This document shows positions 13,497 through 31,625 of a stretch of DNA of 64,000 bases, piece by piece (position 1 is the stretch's first letter; every line of letters begins with the position of its first letter). Both the position numbers and the translations under genes were made by a program. The notes below the pieces were generated by a model, which saw only the letters and a program-made list of their open reading frames with translations, did no database searches and had not been told where the DNA came from. The DNA lies in NCBI GenBank assembly GCA_002269645.1, contig NIVC01000001.1, forward strand, positions 124,001 through 188,000, read 5' to 3'. Origin of the DNA: Macrostomum lignano. Lineage: Eukaryota.

Positions 13497-14432
13497 AGAC
13501 GCCCCGATCCCAACTGAGGCGCCCCGATCCCAACTGAGGCGCCCCGATCCCAACTGAGGCGCCCCGATCCCAACTGAGGCGCCCCGATCCCAACTGAGGC
13601 GCCCCGATCCCAACTGAGGCGCCCCGATCCCAACTGAGGTGTCCCGATCCCAACTGAGGTGCCCCGATCCCAACTGAGGCGCCCCGATCCCAACTGAGGT
13701 GTCCCGATCCCAACTGAGGCGCCCCGATCCCAACTGAGGCGCCCCGATCCCAACTGAGGTGTCCCGATCCCAACTGAGGCGCCCCGATCCCAACTGAGGT
13801 GTCCCGATCCCAACTGAGACGCCCCGATCCCAACTGAGGTGTCCCGATCCCAACTGAGACGCCCCGATCCCAACTGAGGTGTCCCGATCCCAACTGAGGT
13901 GCCCCGATCCCAACTGAGGCGCCCCGATCCCAACTGAGGTGTCCCGATCCCAACTGAGACGCCCCGATCCCAACTGAGGTGTCCCGATCCCAACTGAGGC
14001 GCCCCGATCCCAACTGAGGCGCCCCGATCCCAACTGAGGCGCCCCGATCCCAACTGAGGCGCCCCGATCCCAACTGAGGCGCCCCGATCCCAACTGAGGT
14101 GTCCCGATCCCAACTGAGACGCCCCGATCCCAACTGAGGCGCCCCGATCCCAACTGAGGCGCCCCGATCCCAACTGAGGTGTCCCGATCCCAACTGAGAC
14201 GCCCCGATCCCAACTGAGGCGCCCCGATCCCAACTGAGGCGCCCCGATCCCAACTGAGGTGTCCCGATCCCAACTGAGGTGCCCCGATCCCAACTGAGAC
14301 GCCCCGATCCCAACTGAGGCGCCCCGATCCCAACTGAGGTGTCCCGATCCCAACTGAGGCGCCCCGATCCCAACTGAGGCGCCCCGATCCCAACTGAGGT
14401 GTCCCGATCCCAACTGAGGCGCCCCGATCCCA
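13497..14432. repeat. 20-bp GC-rich minisatellite, about 47 copies
   Basis: Unit GCGCCCCGATCCCAACTGAG with GTGT/GTGC/ACGC variants. Confidence 0.97.
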
Positions 14433-15301
14433 AATATGGAGATTTGATTCCCATTATCGCTCTAGCTTCCATTAAAGGACCCCGTGATCCCCATTAGCTC
14501 CAATGTTCTCAGATCCGTACTTCAGATTCACCGCACTGGTGGCGCCTCAATCCTGGCTCCCAATTTAAGCGCCTCATTAGAGGTTGAAAAATTGTCTCAA
14601 AGGCCGCTTACCCGAAGAAGACTGATTGGCCGACATTTCTGGAGCAGATCAACGATGAGGCCAAGCTGACCTTCTCAAAGCAATTTGCGGATTCTGGAAC
14701 TCGCGCTGGTGAAGTACACAACTGATTGCTTTGCTCTTCACTTGTCAGCTGTCTTCAAAAAACAAGTCTACTCAAATAGACCCGCGCGCTGGAACAAAAA
14801 CTCCTGAACTTTTCTTTTCCGAGCTCTTTTGCGGCAGAAGTGAAGCGCTTTAGACGGCTAATCTACGCCTGGGGGCCTCTCTGCATGCTAATGCGGATCT
14901 GGGGGGGGGGGGTCCGGCAGCTGGCAGTGAAGACCTCCGTGTGCGGATTAGGGAGGCGGCTGTCACCACTGCTATATGGGGCAGCTCAGCCACCTCTGCC
15001 GTCCAATTGTCAGCGAGCGGGTGGGTGTAGCTACAGCCCCCCCCCCCAGTGCTTTCTCCTCCGCTTCTACCCCGCCAACAGGGCTCCCCTGACAAAATCC
15101 CAAACTGAATCCTCAACGGCCTTCTGTCTTCTGTCTAACGCCCTGCCTGTTTTTCAATTGTTCTGCAGCCATTTGTTTCAGCGTCAAGGCTGCATTCAAC
15201 AGAGAACTCATTTTTCATCTCTTTCCCTGTTCCTCTGCGCTTCTTGATTTTTCCATTCTCTGTACATGCTCTGTTCTCTTCTCTCCCACTTGCTCCAGGT
15301 G

Positions 15302-16065
<764 letters not shown>

Positions 16066-18722
16066 CTATCGGCTTTCTTAATATAACGTCGCTTCCTATT
16101 CAAGCCTAAATTTGCAAATCCGGTCGATTTCAATGGATTCGCAGCATTTTATTGCAATTAATAATTCAAAGCGCTGCATTGCCCAGAAAACGGAGAGAAT
16201 TAGCAATTGTTGAGTGGGCGGGGATCGGACCAGAGCTGGCGGGAGGCTTCCATTTTGCCCCTGAATTTCGGCTGAATAGCAGCAGCCCCAGTCTTGCTGC
16301 CCTCGCAGTTTCAATTCCATGGCACGCTTCAATGGGTGATTCGCTACGCGTACTCCAACCGTTAAGCTGATTGCTTGCCTGCATGAATGCATGCCGTTTG
16401 GATGCATTCGCATCTTGTACATTGAATAGAATGGGTCAACAGCTACTATATAGCGACTGTATTACTTTACTAGCGCAGCTCTGATGAAAACAAAACCTTC
16501 TAAACATTACCCAATTACAGAAACTGAACTCAAATTGTTCCGAGGAAGTATTGGAAAAAAACTTTTATGGATTCTAGTAATGTATGTGCGATTCCGGTAG
16601 CTTTTGCAATTTTTCTCTACTTTAAAACAGGGTTTCATTTTTCTCATTAAGAAATAAATGCACTACTAATTTTCTTTAAGTAGTAGGTGGATATATTTAT
16701 ATATATATTTAACTGTTCATGATTCATGTTTCTAGCTTGTAATGGTCCGTTTGACCCTTTGACGTCTCTGGACCCTCACTAGATGTACATGTAGAACAAT
16801 GTCTAACATGCAGAACAATTACAGCTGTACATGTATATTATTCCATGCCCAACTTATTGTCAAGCCTTTTTGAGCAAACACCCATTAAAGTATGCTTTAA
16901 TCGAATCAATAACATTAGTAGACTGTTCGATGCAGCCGCGACTGCTAGTGTTAATAAGTAATAATCTCCATTGATTCTTGTCACTTTTTATTGATCTTAG
17001 GAACTTTATGTAACCACTGCACCACTGCCAGCCCCACAAAGAATAGAACAAGAAACGGGACAAAGAACTTGTGAAGACAGAAGGGAGACACAACGCCGTC
17101 CCGTTTATTTAGAAAAAATACTATAAAAAGACATTAGTCTGATATTGAAAGGGAGAGAGGCAATAAGGAAGCGTTTTTAAGGAAGCGCATGAAGCAGACA
17201 GAAGGTGAGGTATACACAAACGCTGTGCCGCGGCGAACCCAGCTGAACTCTAGCTGCTGACTTGCCGGCTATTAAAAACTTTTCCCTGATAAGCTCTGAT
17301 GTTTAGTATTAGTTAGTTAGCTCTGTAATAACTAGCTAAAAGCATGATCTGGCCCATTTGTTATCAAAGCGTAAATTTTGATTTTGATTGAGCAACAAAA
17401 ATTTTTAGCACCGGTTTAAATTTACAACAATAAACACCAATAAAATATTGTAATTGGGTGGGCCTGCCTAGGGTTCGTTCGTTAACGAAAAGTGCTTTCT
17501 TCGACTGCCACCGCTTTCTTATTCTCTGTCTTTGTCTTATTCTTTCATTTAATTATTATATTCTAAGGCTTTCGCACTTCGCATTGCGTCGCAAAAATCG
17601 TGTGTAAAAATCTGCTTTATTGTAGGATAAGGATAAGACAGCTTAAAGTACGAGCGTAAAGCTTCCAATTCCAGGCCTATTTGTCGCATTCTCAACTGAC
17701 AATCTAACCTCTTATTCAATTCATTGCAAGCAATTCGCCAATTTCATGTGCATAACTATTTAGACATTATTAATTATTTATTTCTATCATCATTCATATA
17801 CTAATGATATGATAATGGGCAAATGTATAGGCTAATGCCTGTTAGTGTTTTATAGAATAGACTGTCTTAGTATTAATCATTCAATTAACTATTAGATAGG
17901 CCCACCAGATTAAATTTACTAATTTATAATATTTTTTTATTATTTAGGCCTAGGCCTAGCTTATTTTGGGTTTTAGACCCTAGTTTTGTGACTTTCAAAA
18001 TCACATCTTCAAAATCGACCTTGGATACAATTGAGACCTTTTGTTTTTTCCATTGTTAAATTATATATATTATATTATTTGTAAAAAGTAAATCAAAGTT
18101 TAAAATAAAGAAATTGTGCTATAATGCATTAACTTTTACATTATTATCTTTTTGATATTTATATATTTATATAAAGTTTTAATTATATTACACAAATAAA
18201 AACATTTTACTTTTTTGAAATGAAAAATGTTTGTACAAATTACCTGCATAGCCGCACCCCCCCCCCTTAGTTGCCTAATGTGCAGTGCATATAAGCCCCT
18301 AGTATAAGTCTGATATAAACAATGAAATTTCATCAGTTTTTCTCTGGCATAACTCTAAGCATGAAATGGACTATGGTAAATGCCAGAAAATTTTAGCATA
18401 TAAGACACCTTCCTGACTATAGCCTTGGATATGATTTTGCATATTGGTGCCAACAAAAAACCTAGCTTAGCTAGGCTAAGCTAGTTAGTTAAAATATATT
18501 TATTATTAGACTTAGGCCTACCAATATTAAGCCTTAGCCTAAGGCTAAGCCTATATAGGTCTAATAATAGTAAGGCCAGGGATTAGATAAGATCTCAATC
18601 TTGATCTTGGTTTTAAATCTAAAAAAGTTAAGGTTTAGGACTACAAAGACAAAAATTATATATGACCCAGCCTATAACTTTATTAGCCTTATAATAAGGC
18701 TAAGGATATATATATATATATA

Positions 18723-19509
18723 GGCTCATTCCATATAAGCATGGTCGTAACATGACAGGCTATTTTTACTTATAAAATGAAATATAATAATAGAATATAC
18801 TAAACCAATATTTTAAATGTAAGATAATTTTGTCAAAAATATTTTTATAGAGTTTCATGTAGATATCATCATTAGTATAGATGCTATTAAACCTTGAATG
18901 GCAATTATGGTCGTAACAACAGGATTTTTGACATATAGAAACTAAAAGGTAAAAGTCTTATAACATTTTTATTTTTGATATTTTGCAATACATTTTTTAA
19001 AACTTGACTAAGAACATCTTTAGTAATCATACTCTTTTATTAGAATATATAAACTCAAAAAGGCAACAAAGATACAAAAGAAAAGGCAGCCTTATGGTCG
19101 TAACATTATGGTCGTAACATATTTTTTTCTGTCAATTCAGTAACTTTGAGGTACCAATATATTAAAAATATAATAGATTATTTGGTCACCAATACTTTTA
19201 TCTGATGATGCAAGTACTATACTTTTATCTATAGTTTGTTTCAACCTTCCAAAGCTTTCTATTTGTTTTTAAAAGGTACACAAACTTAATGATGTCTTTT
19301 GCTTAGAAAAATGTTTAAATTTTTACAAAAATGACTTTTTGCCACTTGATAGCATACTAATCTAACATTTTATTATTCATTTATTCTTAGATTGTAGATA
19401 TTACACATAAAAAACATTTGGTAAAAAAATTGGCTGATAAGGCAATGGCAAGCAAAAATATTGACTTTTTTCTATTTTCCAAAAATGTCCATCTTATATG
19501 GAATGAGCC
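18723..19509. mobile_element. Non-autonomous DNA transposon in a (TA)n tract
   Basis: TIRs GGCTCATTCCATATAAG(C)ATGG at 18723-18744 and 19489-19509; TA/AT flanks; internal ATGGTCGTAACA four times. Confidence 0.7.
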
Positions 19510-20027
19510 TATATATATAAGATAGGCCTAAGCCTAGACTTTAAAATAGCAAACTAGACCAAATCTAAAAATGCCTTCAATATTAATTATTAGGCTTAAT
19601 ACCAATGCAATGTTACTTCCCCTCCAAGAACCAAGATAGGGCAGAAAAGAAATGTTTATTTTGGAATGGATGTCACTTCTGGCAAGGCCACATTATGATT
19701 GAGCCACCCAATTAGGTAGCTCAATAGGATTGTGCACAACCCAAGAAATGCCACTAGTAATAGTAGTCCAAAAATAGTCAAAGACAATTTTAGTCAATAA
19801 GAAGAAATATAAAAACAAGCTAAAGTCCCTAGCCTTCTAATCCTATTCTGCATGCTATAAAGTAGTCAGTTTTGTTGTTATATATACTTGAGTGTCATTA
19901 GTTTCCTACTATGCAGTCTTATTTCACCATATCAACTTTGCACCTATTCCAGTCCGAATTCAGACTTGCCAAAGACCAATAAAGAGGCAAGTTATTGAAC
20001 TCATTAATAACAGTTAGTAGCAATTAG

Positions 20028-22515
<2,488 letters not shown>

Positions 22516-23139
22516 CGGCCACGCCGGCCAAGGCAGTGCCTGGACAGGGTTTGGACTGTGGGACAGAAGCTGAGGCAGGGAGTTTGGCAACCATTGTGCT
22601 GCATAGATTTTCACTTTTATCTAATCCCCACAGCTTATTGGGTTAACCACTATTTCATGGAAAAATTTACCTATTTAATTCCCTACAAATCGGTTCCCGA
22701 TTTCTTAGAAAATTCTAGTTTAAGTTCATCGCGGGGTCTTCGCCCAGTCCCCCAAACCAACCCTCTGTTGTTTGGCCTGCTAACAAAATCAATTTATCTT
22801 TTGTACAATGGGATCAATGATGTCATCATTTTCATTCTGAATGCGTCAGCTCTTTTGTCAGGTGTTTTTTGCTCTGTTTTCTTTATTTGCATCAATAATA
22901 TATTATTTATCTAGTATTGAATTAAAACAAATTTCACTGTAATTATTTCCTGTTCAGTTTTTATTGTCAGGAGTAAAGTGTTGAAATCTTGGTATTTCCA
23001 CTATGGAGGGCGAAGAGAAGGTGTGCCTTTGTCCCTGCCAGTCGTGTCTTGACACTGAACAATGGGTTGCAAATGCCTATAGGCTTCCTTAATACTGCTT
23101 TGTTCCTTGCGGCTGATTGTTTTCCTCTAAATCTCCCAT

Positions 23140-23710
23140 TATCCGCCCCTGTACCCCATTATCCCCCCCTGTGCCCCATCATCCGCCCCTGTGCCCCATC
23201 ATCCGCCCCTGTACCCCATCATCCGCCCCTGTACCCTATCATCCGCCCCTGTACCCCATCATCCGCCCCTGTACCCCATCATCCGCCCCTGTGCCCCATC
23301 ATCCGCCCCTGTACCCCATCATCCGCCCCTGTACCCCATCATCCGCCCCCGTACTCCATCACCCGCCCCTGTACCCCATCATCCGCCCCTGTACCCTATC
23401 ATCCGCCCCTGTACCCCATCATCCGCCCCTGTACCCCATCATCCGCCCCTGTACCCAATTATCCGCCCCTGTACCCCATCATCCGCCCTGTACCCTATCA
23501 TCCGCCCCTGTACCACATCATCCGCCCCTGTACCCCATCATCCGCCCCTGTACCCAATTATCCGCCCCTGTACCCCATCATCCGCCCCTGTACCCTATCA
23601 TCCGCCCCTGTACCCTATCATCCGCCCCTGTACCCCATCATCCGCCCCTGTACCCCATCATCCGCCCCTGTACCCTATCATCCGCCCCTGTACCCCATCA
23701 TCCGCCCCTG
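23140..23710. repeat. 20-bp C-rich minisatellite, about 28 copies
   Basis: Unit ATCCGCCCCTGTACCCCATC. Confidence 0.95.
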
Positions 23711-24299
23711 ATAATCATCCCGTCAATGGCCTTCAAAACTTACGGTTATCAGTGTCAGTGTCAGGTCGATCCGATAATACGAGTACGCAGTTAGCTCGAA
23801 TTCAAGGCAACTCTGATATCAAGCTTTCATCTTATATATAAACCAATACGCGTAAAATGTTTTTTCCTATTTAATGCTCCACCATTGTTTGAAGATATTC
23901 TCACCCTTCAGGTGTGACACGATATAACATGTAGAGAGAAAAAACGCGCTTTCAATTGTGTGTCTATTTTATCATATTACTGCAGCGCTGCGTGTGAGTA
24001 GCAACAGCCAGTTTTGTGTTGTATTTTTTTCTCGTATTTTTCCTTAACCAACAAACTGATTTGGCACTAACACAGATGCTAGAATAACTAGATAATTTCA
24101 CTCACAATTGAACTTATGAAAAAGTAAGTAACTACTCGTTTTTCAGTAGTTTGTCTGCGCATTGTCACTTAAAGCTAATGGGGCAGCTAAAATTTTCTTT
24201 CCTTACTCGGATCCGGTGTTTGTGGCTTCAGGAGCATACATATGGGGTTAAGAAGAGCAATATGCACTTAACTCAATGTACACAATTGAACACAGGATA

Positions 24300-24780
24300 G
24301 ACGAAACCCAGCCTAGGGGGGACACAGGCCCAATCTAGCTCAGCCAATGAGAGAGTAGTATGGAAATAGTGCAGGCTCAATCTAGCTTAGCCAATGAAAA
24401 AGCAGTAAGGAGAGAGGACAGACGGAAGAAACTCAGCCTTGGGGGCAGGCCCAATCTGGCTCAGCCAATGAGAAAGCAGTAAGGAGAGAGGTTAAAGTCA
24501 AACGGACGAAACTCAGCCTCGGGGCAGGCCCAATCTAGCTCAGCCAATGAGAGAGTAGTATGGAAATAGTGCAGGCTCAATCTAGCTTAGCCAATGAAAA
24601 AGCAGTAAGGAGAGAGGACAGACGGAAGAAACTCAGCCTTGGGGGCAGACCCAATCTGGCTCAGCCAATGAGAAAGCAGTAAGGAGAGAGGTTAAAGTCA
24701 AACGGACGAAACTCAGCCTCGGGGGCAGGCCCAATCTGGCTCAAACAATGAGCGAGCAGTAAGGAGAGAGGTCAGAGTCA
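24300..24780. repeat. 200-bp higher-order repeat of CCAAT-containing subunits
   Basis: CAGGCCCAATCTAGCTCAGCCAATGAG recurs at 24325 and 24525; six (C/T)AGCCAATGA motifs. Confidence 0.85.
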
Positions 24781-26726
24781 GGCACAAGCGGGCAAGAGGA
24801 AAGCCAAACTGTTTATCGGCCTGGCTTAGGGGCTGGGGCGCCAACCCCTTTTCTGTCTTGCTCTGGATTTAGGTGCAGCTTCAAGCAGGGTGGAGATGCT
24901 AACTTTGAGTCTGCTTGTAGAAAGACTAGGGAGGCGATTGTTGCATCTTCAAAAACTGTAAATCTTGTAAAAATTTAATTTTACTAACATTAAGGCAAAA
25001 AACGCTAATTTTACTACTGAAATAGAGTAGATCAGCGCATATTTTTGCGAGTGTCATATCTTAGTTAATCTAGCATTTGTGGGCACAACTGGCGCAATTT
25101 GAAACTGCTGAACAGCTCCAGCCGAACCCGCCTTGCGCTGGTTCTCCCCGCCTGAACCTCCCTGTTTTATTTTAGCCCGCTTGCTTTTCTAGTTAAAACT
25201 GCTGGCCGTTGTCGCTTTGAAGTTTTGAAAAATAAAATAATACAGACTGCTTGTGCATCCGTGATCCGTTGAGTACAGTGACTACAAATAACTTTTCTTT
25301 AATTTGATGTTATTTGACCAGCCTAAATTAATATATGCTCGTGCGTGTTTAACCTGCTTGAGTGATAAATAGCTGCAGTACCTGTAACTTGGTTGCATTG
25401 GTTTATAAAAAAAAATACATAAAACTCAATGCTAAAACTGAAACTTTTTCTAAGAAATCCAAGCCGCCACCATGTTGAGTTTGTGCACATATGACCGATA
25501 TAATAAAATTTATTACTGCTCGAAGAAATTCGTATCTTGTTGCTTTTTTGTTTTTGGGGAAAATGGGAAGGAATATTGAGGGTCCTTTCCCACCAGCACC
25601 ATTTTCAAAGATCAGAATGCACCGAAGAGATCAAAGAATTCCGAGTTTATGACGATTGCTATTCTTCAACCAGATGAAGATAGAAAGAAGATACGATGAG
25701 AAGAGAATTGATAGATAACATGAGATGAAAGGAAGGAGAGAAGTGATGAGTGAGGAGATGGGAGAGAGGAGGTGAGAGCTGAGATTGCCATTGTGAAGTT
25801 TCCAGGAACCCGAGGAACCCGACGGATAGAGAGGCTTCGCGGGCTCTAAATTTGTTGACCCCAGGCCTACATAATCTTACATGTATCTGCCTAACCTACA
25901 GTACCGGACGGCCGTAGTTCTTGGTCAAGTGCGGCGCGAGCTCTTGTGCTCCATGATCCATATTGATATCATAGGTGGCCATCGGATTGCGCCAAGTAGC
26001 CGACATTACATAAATACATGGATGATTATGTGGCTGACGCTAAATCTTGGATGGAATATCCATGGCGCCATCAATGGACATGGATGTGGCCATGCATTAT
26101 CAGGAATGATCCATCCATCGGATCATGGATGATGTATCCATGATCGTGGCCTATGGTAATGCCTCTCGCCGGTTGTGGTGTGATGCCAAGATGAAATTAG
26201 CCCGTATTAATAAAAAATAAACAAATAAAAGCAGGACCAATGAAGCCAGCCAAACAAGGACGTGCAGCTAAAGCTTACATAAAAAGTTGATAAATAATTC
26301 CCTTACGATTTACGGTTTTGGATTTGCTCCAATTGCTGCAGCCAGCCATGCATCTCGGGATAGAGCGCTCCCTACCGGAGTTTGTTTTAATCCGTAAATT
26401 TCACTGTAGTGCTCAGCTGCAGATCGGCATCGCCTCGTGCATCTGCAGTTTCTAAGATGGTGTTTCTAAAAGGGGTCTGTAGCCTAGCCTATACTTGTGT
26501 ACATTTATAGTAGTGTATAGAGTTACAATCGTCTTCTGAGTATTTAATTATTGATCAGGCTTGGGCTAGGCCGCCAGTGTTCGTAATTAGCATGCATATG
26601 GAGACTGATCTCACTTGAGTTTTATGTGCACAATAAAAATGGGTTGAGCAGACTTTGGAGGATGCAAGTGTATATACCGTCGGGGTAACTGACGAGTACT
26701 CAAGGAAAGCTCAGTGCACAGAGACA

Positions 26727-28925
<2,199 letters not shown>

Positions 28926-29093
28926 AATCGTTCAGGGCTGGGGATTCAGTGCGAAATTTGATACAAGTGCCGCGCGTTTTTGATATTTACTGCACACATG
29001 TAACAGCTAACAGCATCAAATACATTTATATCAAATACAGCCGTCAAAAGTTTAATCAAAGTCCAGATTTAAAATAAGAAACGTTTTCTGCTT

Positions 29094-29762
29094 TCAGAAG
29101 AAAGTCTTTTTATTCCGCGACGCATTGGTTGGCTGCATGTAGCCAGGCAGCTTAGCTGAGCAGGGCTGATGAAGCAGATGCTGCTGGAGCTGCTGCTGCT
29201 GCTGCTGCGGCTGCTGCTCGTTCGGCTTCTCATTGCCAGCGCCACCGATGTCGGACGAAGCCGAGGCGCAGCAGGCCTGGCAGCCACTCAGCAGGGCTGC
29301 GATGGCGTCGGTGTCCTGGCGCTGCTGCAGGCTGAGCCGCTTCTCCGACCTGCGGCGCTGCAGCTCGTGGTACCAGCTGGCCACCTGCTCCTCCTCCTGA
29401 GCCGCCGCTGACCCCGCCGCCACATCGGTGACGTCCGTCGACGATCCGTCGGCCTCCGAAGCCGCGTTCTGAAGCCGGCGATGCTGCAACAACTGGTGGT
29501 GCTGACGCAGCCTTCTGGGGCCCTTCCAGGACGTGGCTCGGTTGAAAACTCGCGGCGGCTTGGTCGGCGACTGCGACGGCAGCTGCTGCTGCGACGAGGC
29601 CAGGGTTGGCAGGGAGCCGCTGCTGTTGTCATTAGCAACCGCATCCTGGCCCGTTGTTAAGGACTCTTGACGCCGCCGTCTGAGCTGCACGGAGTCGATC
29701 TGGTTCGCCCGTTCCAGGCGTCTACGAAGCTCGGCGCTCAGCGCTAGCGGAGAGTCGTCCAT
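29094..29762 (-). CDS. Intronless 222-aa low-complexity (Q/R/S-rich) protein of unknown function
   Basis: ATG-to-stop ORF with GC-rich codons like neighbouring exons; in-frame stop 13 codons upstream; TATA-like TATAAATAG about 40 nt upstream; C-terminal PGYMQPTNASRNK. Confidence 0.6.
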   Translation of the reverse strand: MDDSPLALSAELRRRLERANQIDSVQLRRRRQESLTTGQDAVANDNSSGSLPTLASSQQQLPSQSPTKPPRVFNRATSWKGPRRLRQHHQLLQHRRLQNAASEADGSSTDVTDVAAGSAAAQEEEQVASWYHELQRRRSEKRLSLQQRQDTDAIAALLSGCQACCASASSDIGGAGNEKPNEQQPQQQQQQLQQHLLHQPCSAKLPGYMQPTNASRNKKTFF

Positions 29763-29801
29763 TGTGCCACAGCCCTGCCGCAGGCGGAGCGCCGGCTGCT
29801 T

Positions 29802-29810
29802 CTATTTATA
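29802..29810 (-). promoter_or_regulatory. TATA-like box upstream of the orphan ORF
   Basis: Reverse complement TATAAATAG about 40 nt before the ATG at 29762. Confidence 0.4.
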
Positions 29811-31191
29811 GCATGCGCAGATCTAATTAGCATAGTGAGGCAAAGGCCCTCAGTTGCTCTTGGACTTGAAGTGCTGCTGCTCTGGCATATCGAGAGTGGA
29901 CTTCCGTTTCCTCCATGCCCGAAGGTCGCCAGGCATGAGGTGGAGAATCGAGGCCTGTCTGGGGAGCCGGGCAGCCTCCGCTGATGATGCAGCAGTTACA
30001 TGCCTTAATTTGCATCTAGAACCTGCCCGAGCGACTTAATTAGCTTGTTATTTGTTGCTCACACGCGACGGTGCGAGTACGGCTCCAGTGCGTTCTGCGG
30101 ACTGAGCGACTTAATGAGCTGCCTGTGAGGCCGGGGTCGCCTGTCTGCATTTTGACTCGCCTCTCGTATGCTGACTGACCAGGGGCCCCCGTGTCTGCGG
30201 ATAAATTTCTGCTTTCAGCTGACAGCTGCTGACCCAGCAACAAATCAATTTGCCAGCGAGCTTTCAACAGTTCCAGGCTTGGATGCACTGGATAGACAGT
30301 TGAATATTCATAGCTGGTGTTGATTTTTACCACATATGAAAATAGGAATGCTACTCTCGTACTTTCAGTAAAAACATCTGATAGAATCAGATCAGTTTGA
30401 GCAAGAATCACATGGTGCGCTGCAGGAGCATTCTTATCATTCTTGACGTCATTCTTGCTATCTGGGGGGGGAGGGTACTTGCTATTGGGGGGGGGGTGCT
30501 TGCTATCGGTGGGATGCATGATATCGGAGGATGCTTGATATCAGGGGGGTGGGGTTGCTATCTGGGGGGTGCTTGCTTTTTGGGGGGATGCTTGCTACGA
30601 GTATCTGAAGGATGCTTTTTTAGGGGGAATGCCTGCTATCTTTGTGAAGGCTTTATTTTGTTGTGTCATTTTGTTAATTTTAGAAAAAAAAGTTTTTTTT
30701 GTCACAAAAAAGTGACAATAAGAAATTAGTTCTTAAGAAAATATGCTTTTTTAATGGATTTGCATAAATAATTTTTGCTCCTTGCTTATTGACCGCCCCG
30801 AAGGGGGGACTAGATGGCTAGTCCTATAACGTTATACTAAAAGCCCACAAATGCAAGCTGCTTTGATAAGACAAAGTCTCAAACACAATCGATAACAGGT
30901 AGCTATAAGAATTCAATATCCTGAAGGGTTCAAGTGCATATTATGCTGGCTGCTCGAAACTCGTGTTTAAACTGACAGTTTGATTGACAAAAAAGAGATA
31001 AATAAGTTCAATGACAAAAGCCTGTTTCTATAGTGTTAAAATAACAAAATTGAAATAACGCATAACCATGTAAATATTATGCTATTGGATAAGTTGTGGC
31101 TGATAAGAACATGGGAATCACCTAATTTTTTAAACATATGAATGCCATGTACTTGTAACAACGCGAAAATGTTTAATAACTTACAAATTTA

Positions 31192-31625
31192 TTAGCCCAC
31201 AAGGATGCAGGAATAGAATGGATTGCTAATCTAGCCCACAAGGATGCAGGAGTAGAATGGATTGCTAATCTAGCCCACAAGGATGCAGGAATAGAATGGA
31301 TTGCTAATCTAGCCCACAAGGATGCAGGAATAGAATGGATTGCTAATATAGCCCACAAGGATGCAGGAATAGAATGGATTGCTAATCTAGCCTACAAGGA
31401 TGCAGGAATGGAATGGATTGCTAATCTAGCCCACAAGGATGCAGGAATAGAATGGATTGCTAATCTAGCCCACAAGGATGCAGGAATAGAATGGATTGCT
31501 AATCTAGCCCACAAGGATGCAGGAATAGAATGGATTGCTAATCTAGCCCACAAGGATGCAGGAATAGAATGGATTGCTAATCTAGCCCACAAGGATGCAG
31601 GAATAAAATGGATTGCTAATCTAGC
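31192..31625. repeat. 39-bp minisatellite, about 11 copies
   Basis: Unit AAGGATGCAGGAATAGAATGGATTGCTAATCTAGCCCAC; period 39 measured. Confidence 0.95.

Noticed and set aside
25940-26145. Region rich in short ATCCAT/ATGGAT inverted motifs
   Set aside because: Only short dyads; no clear TIR, TSD or stable long stem identified.
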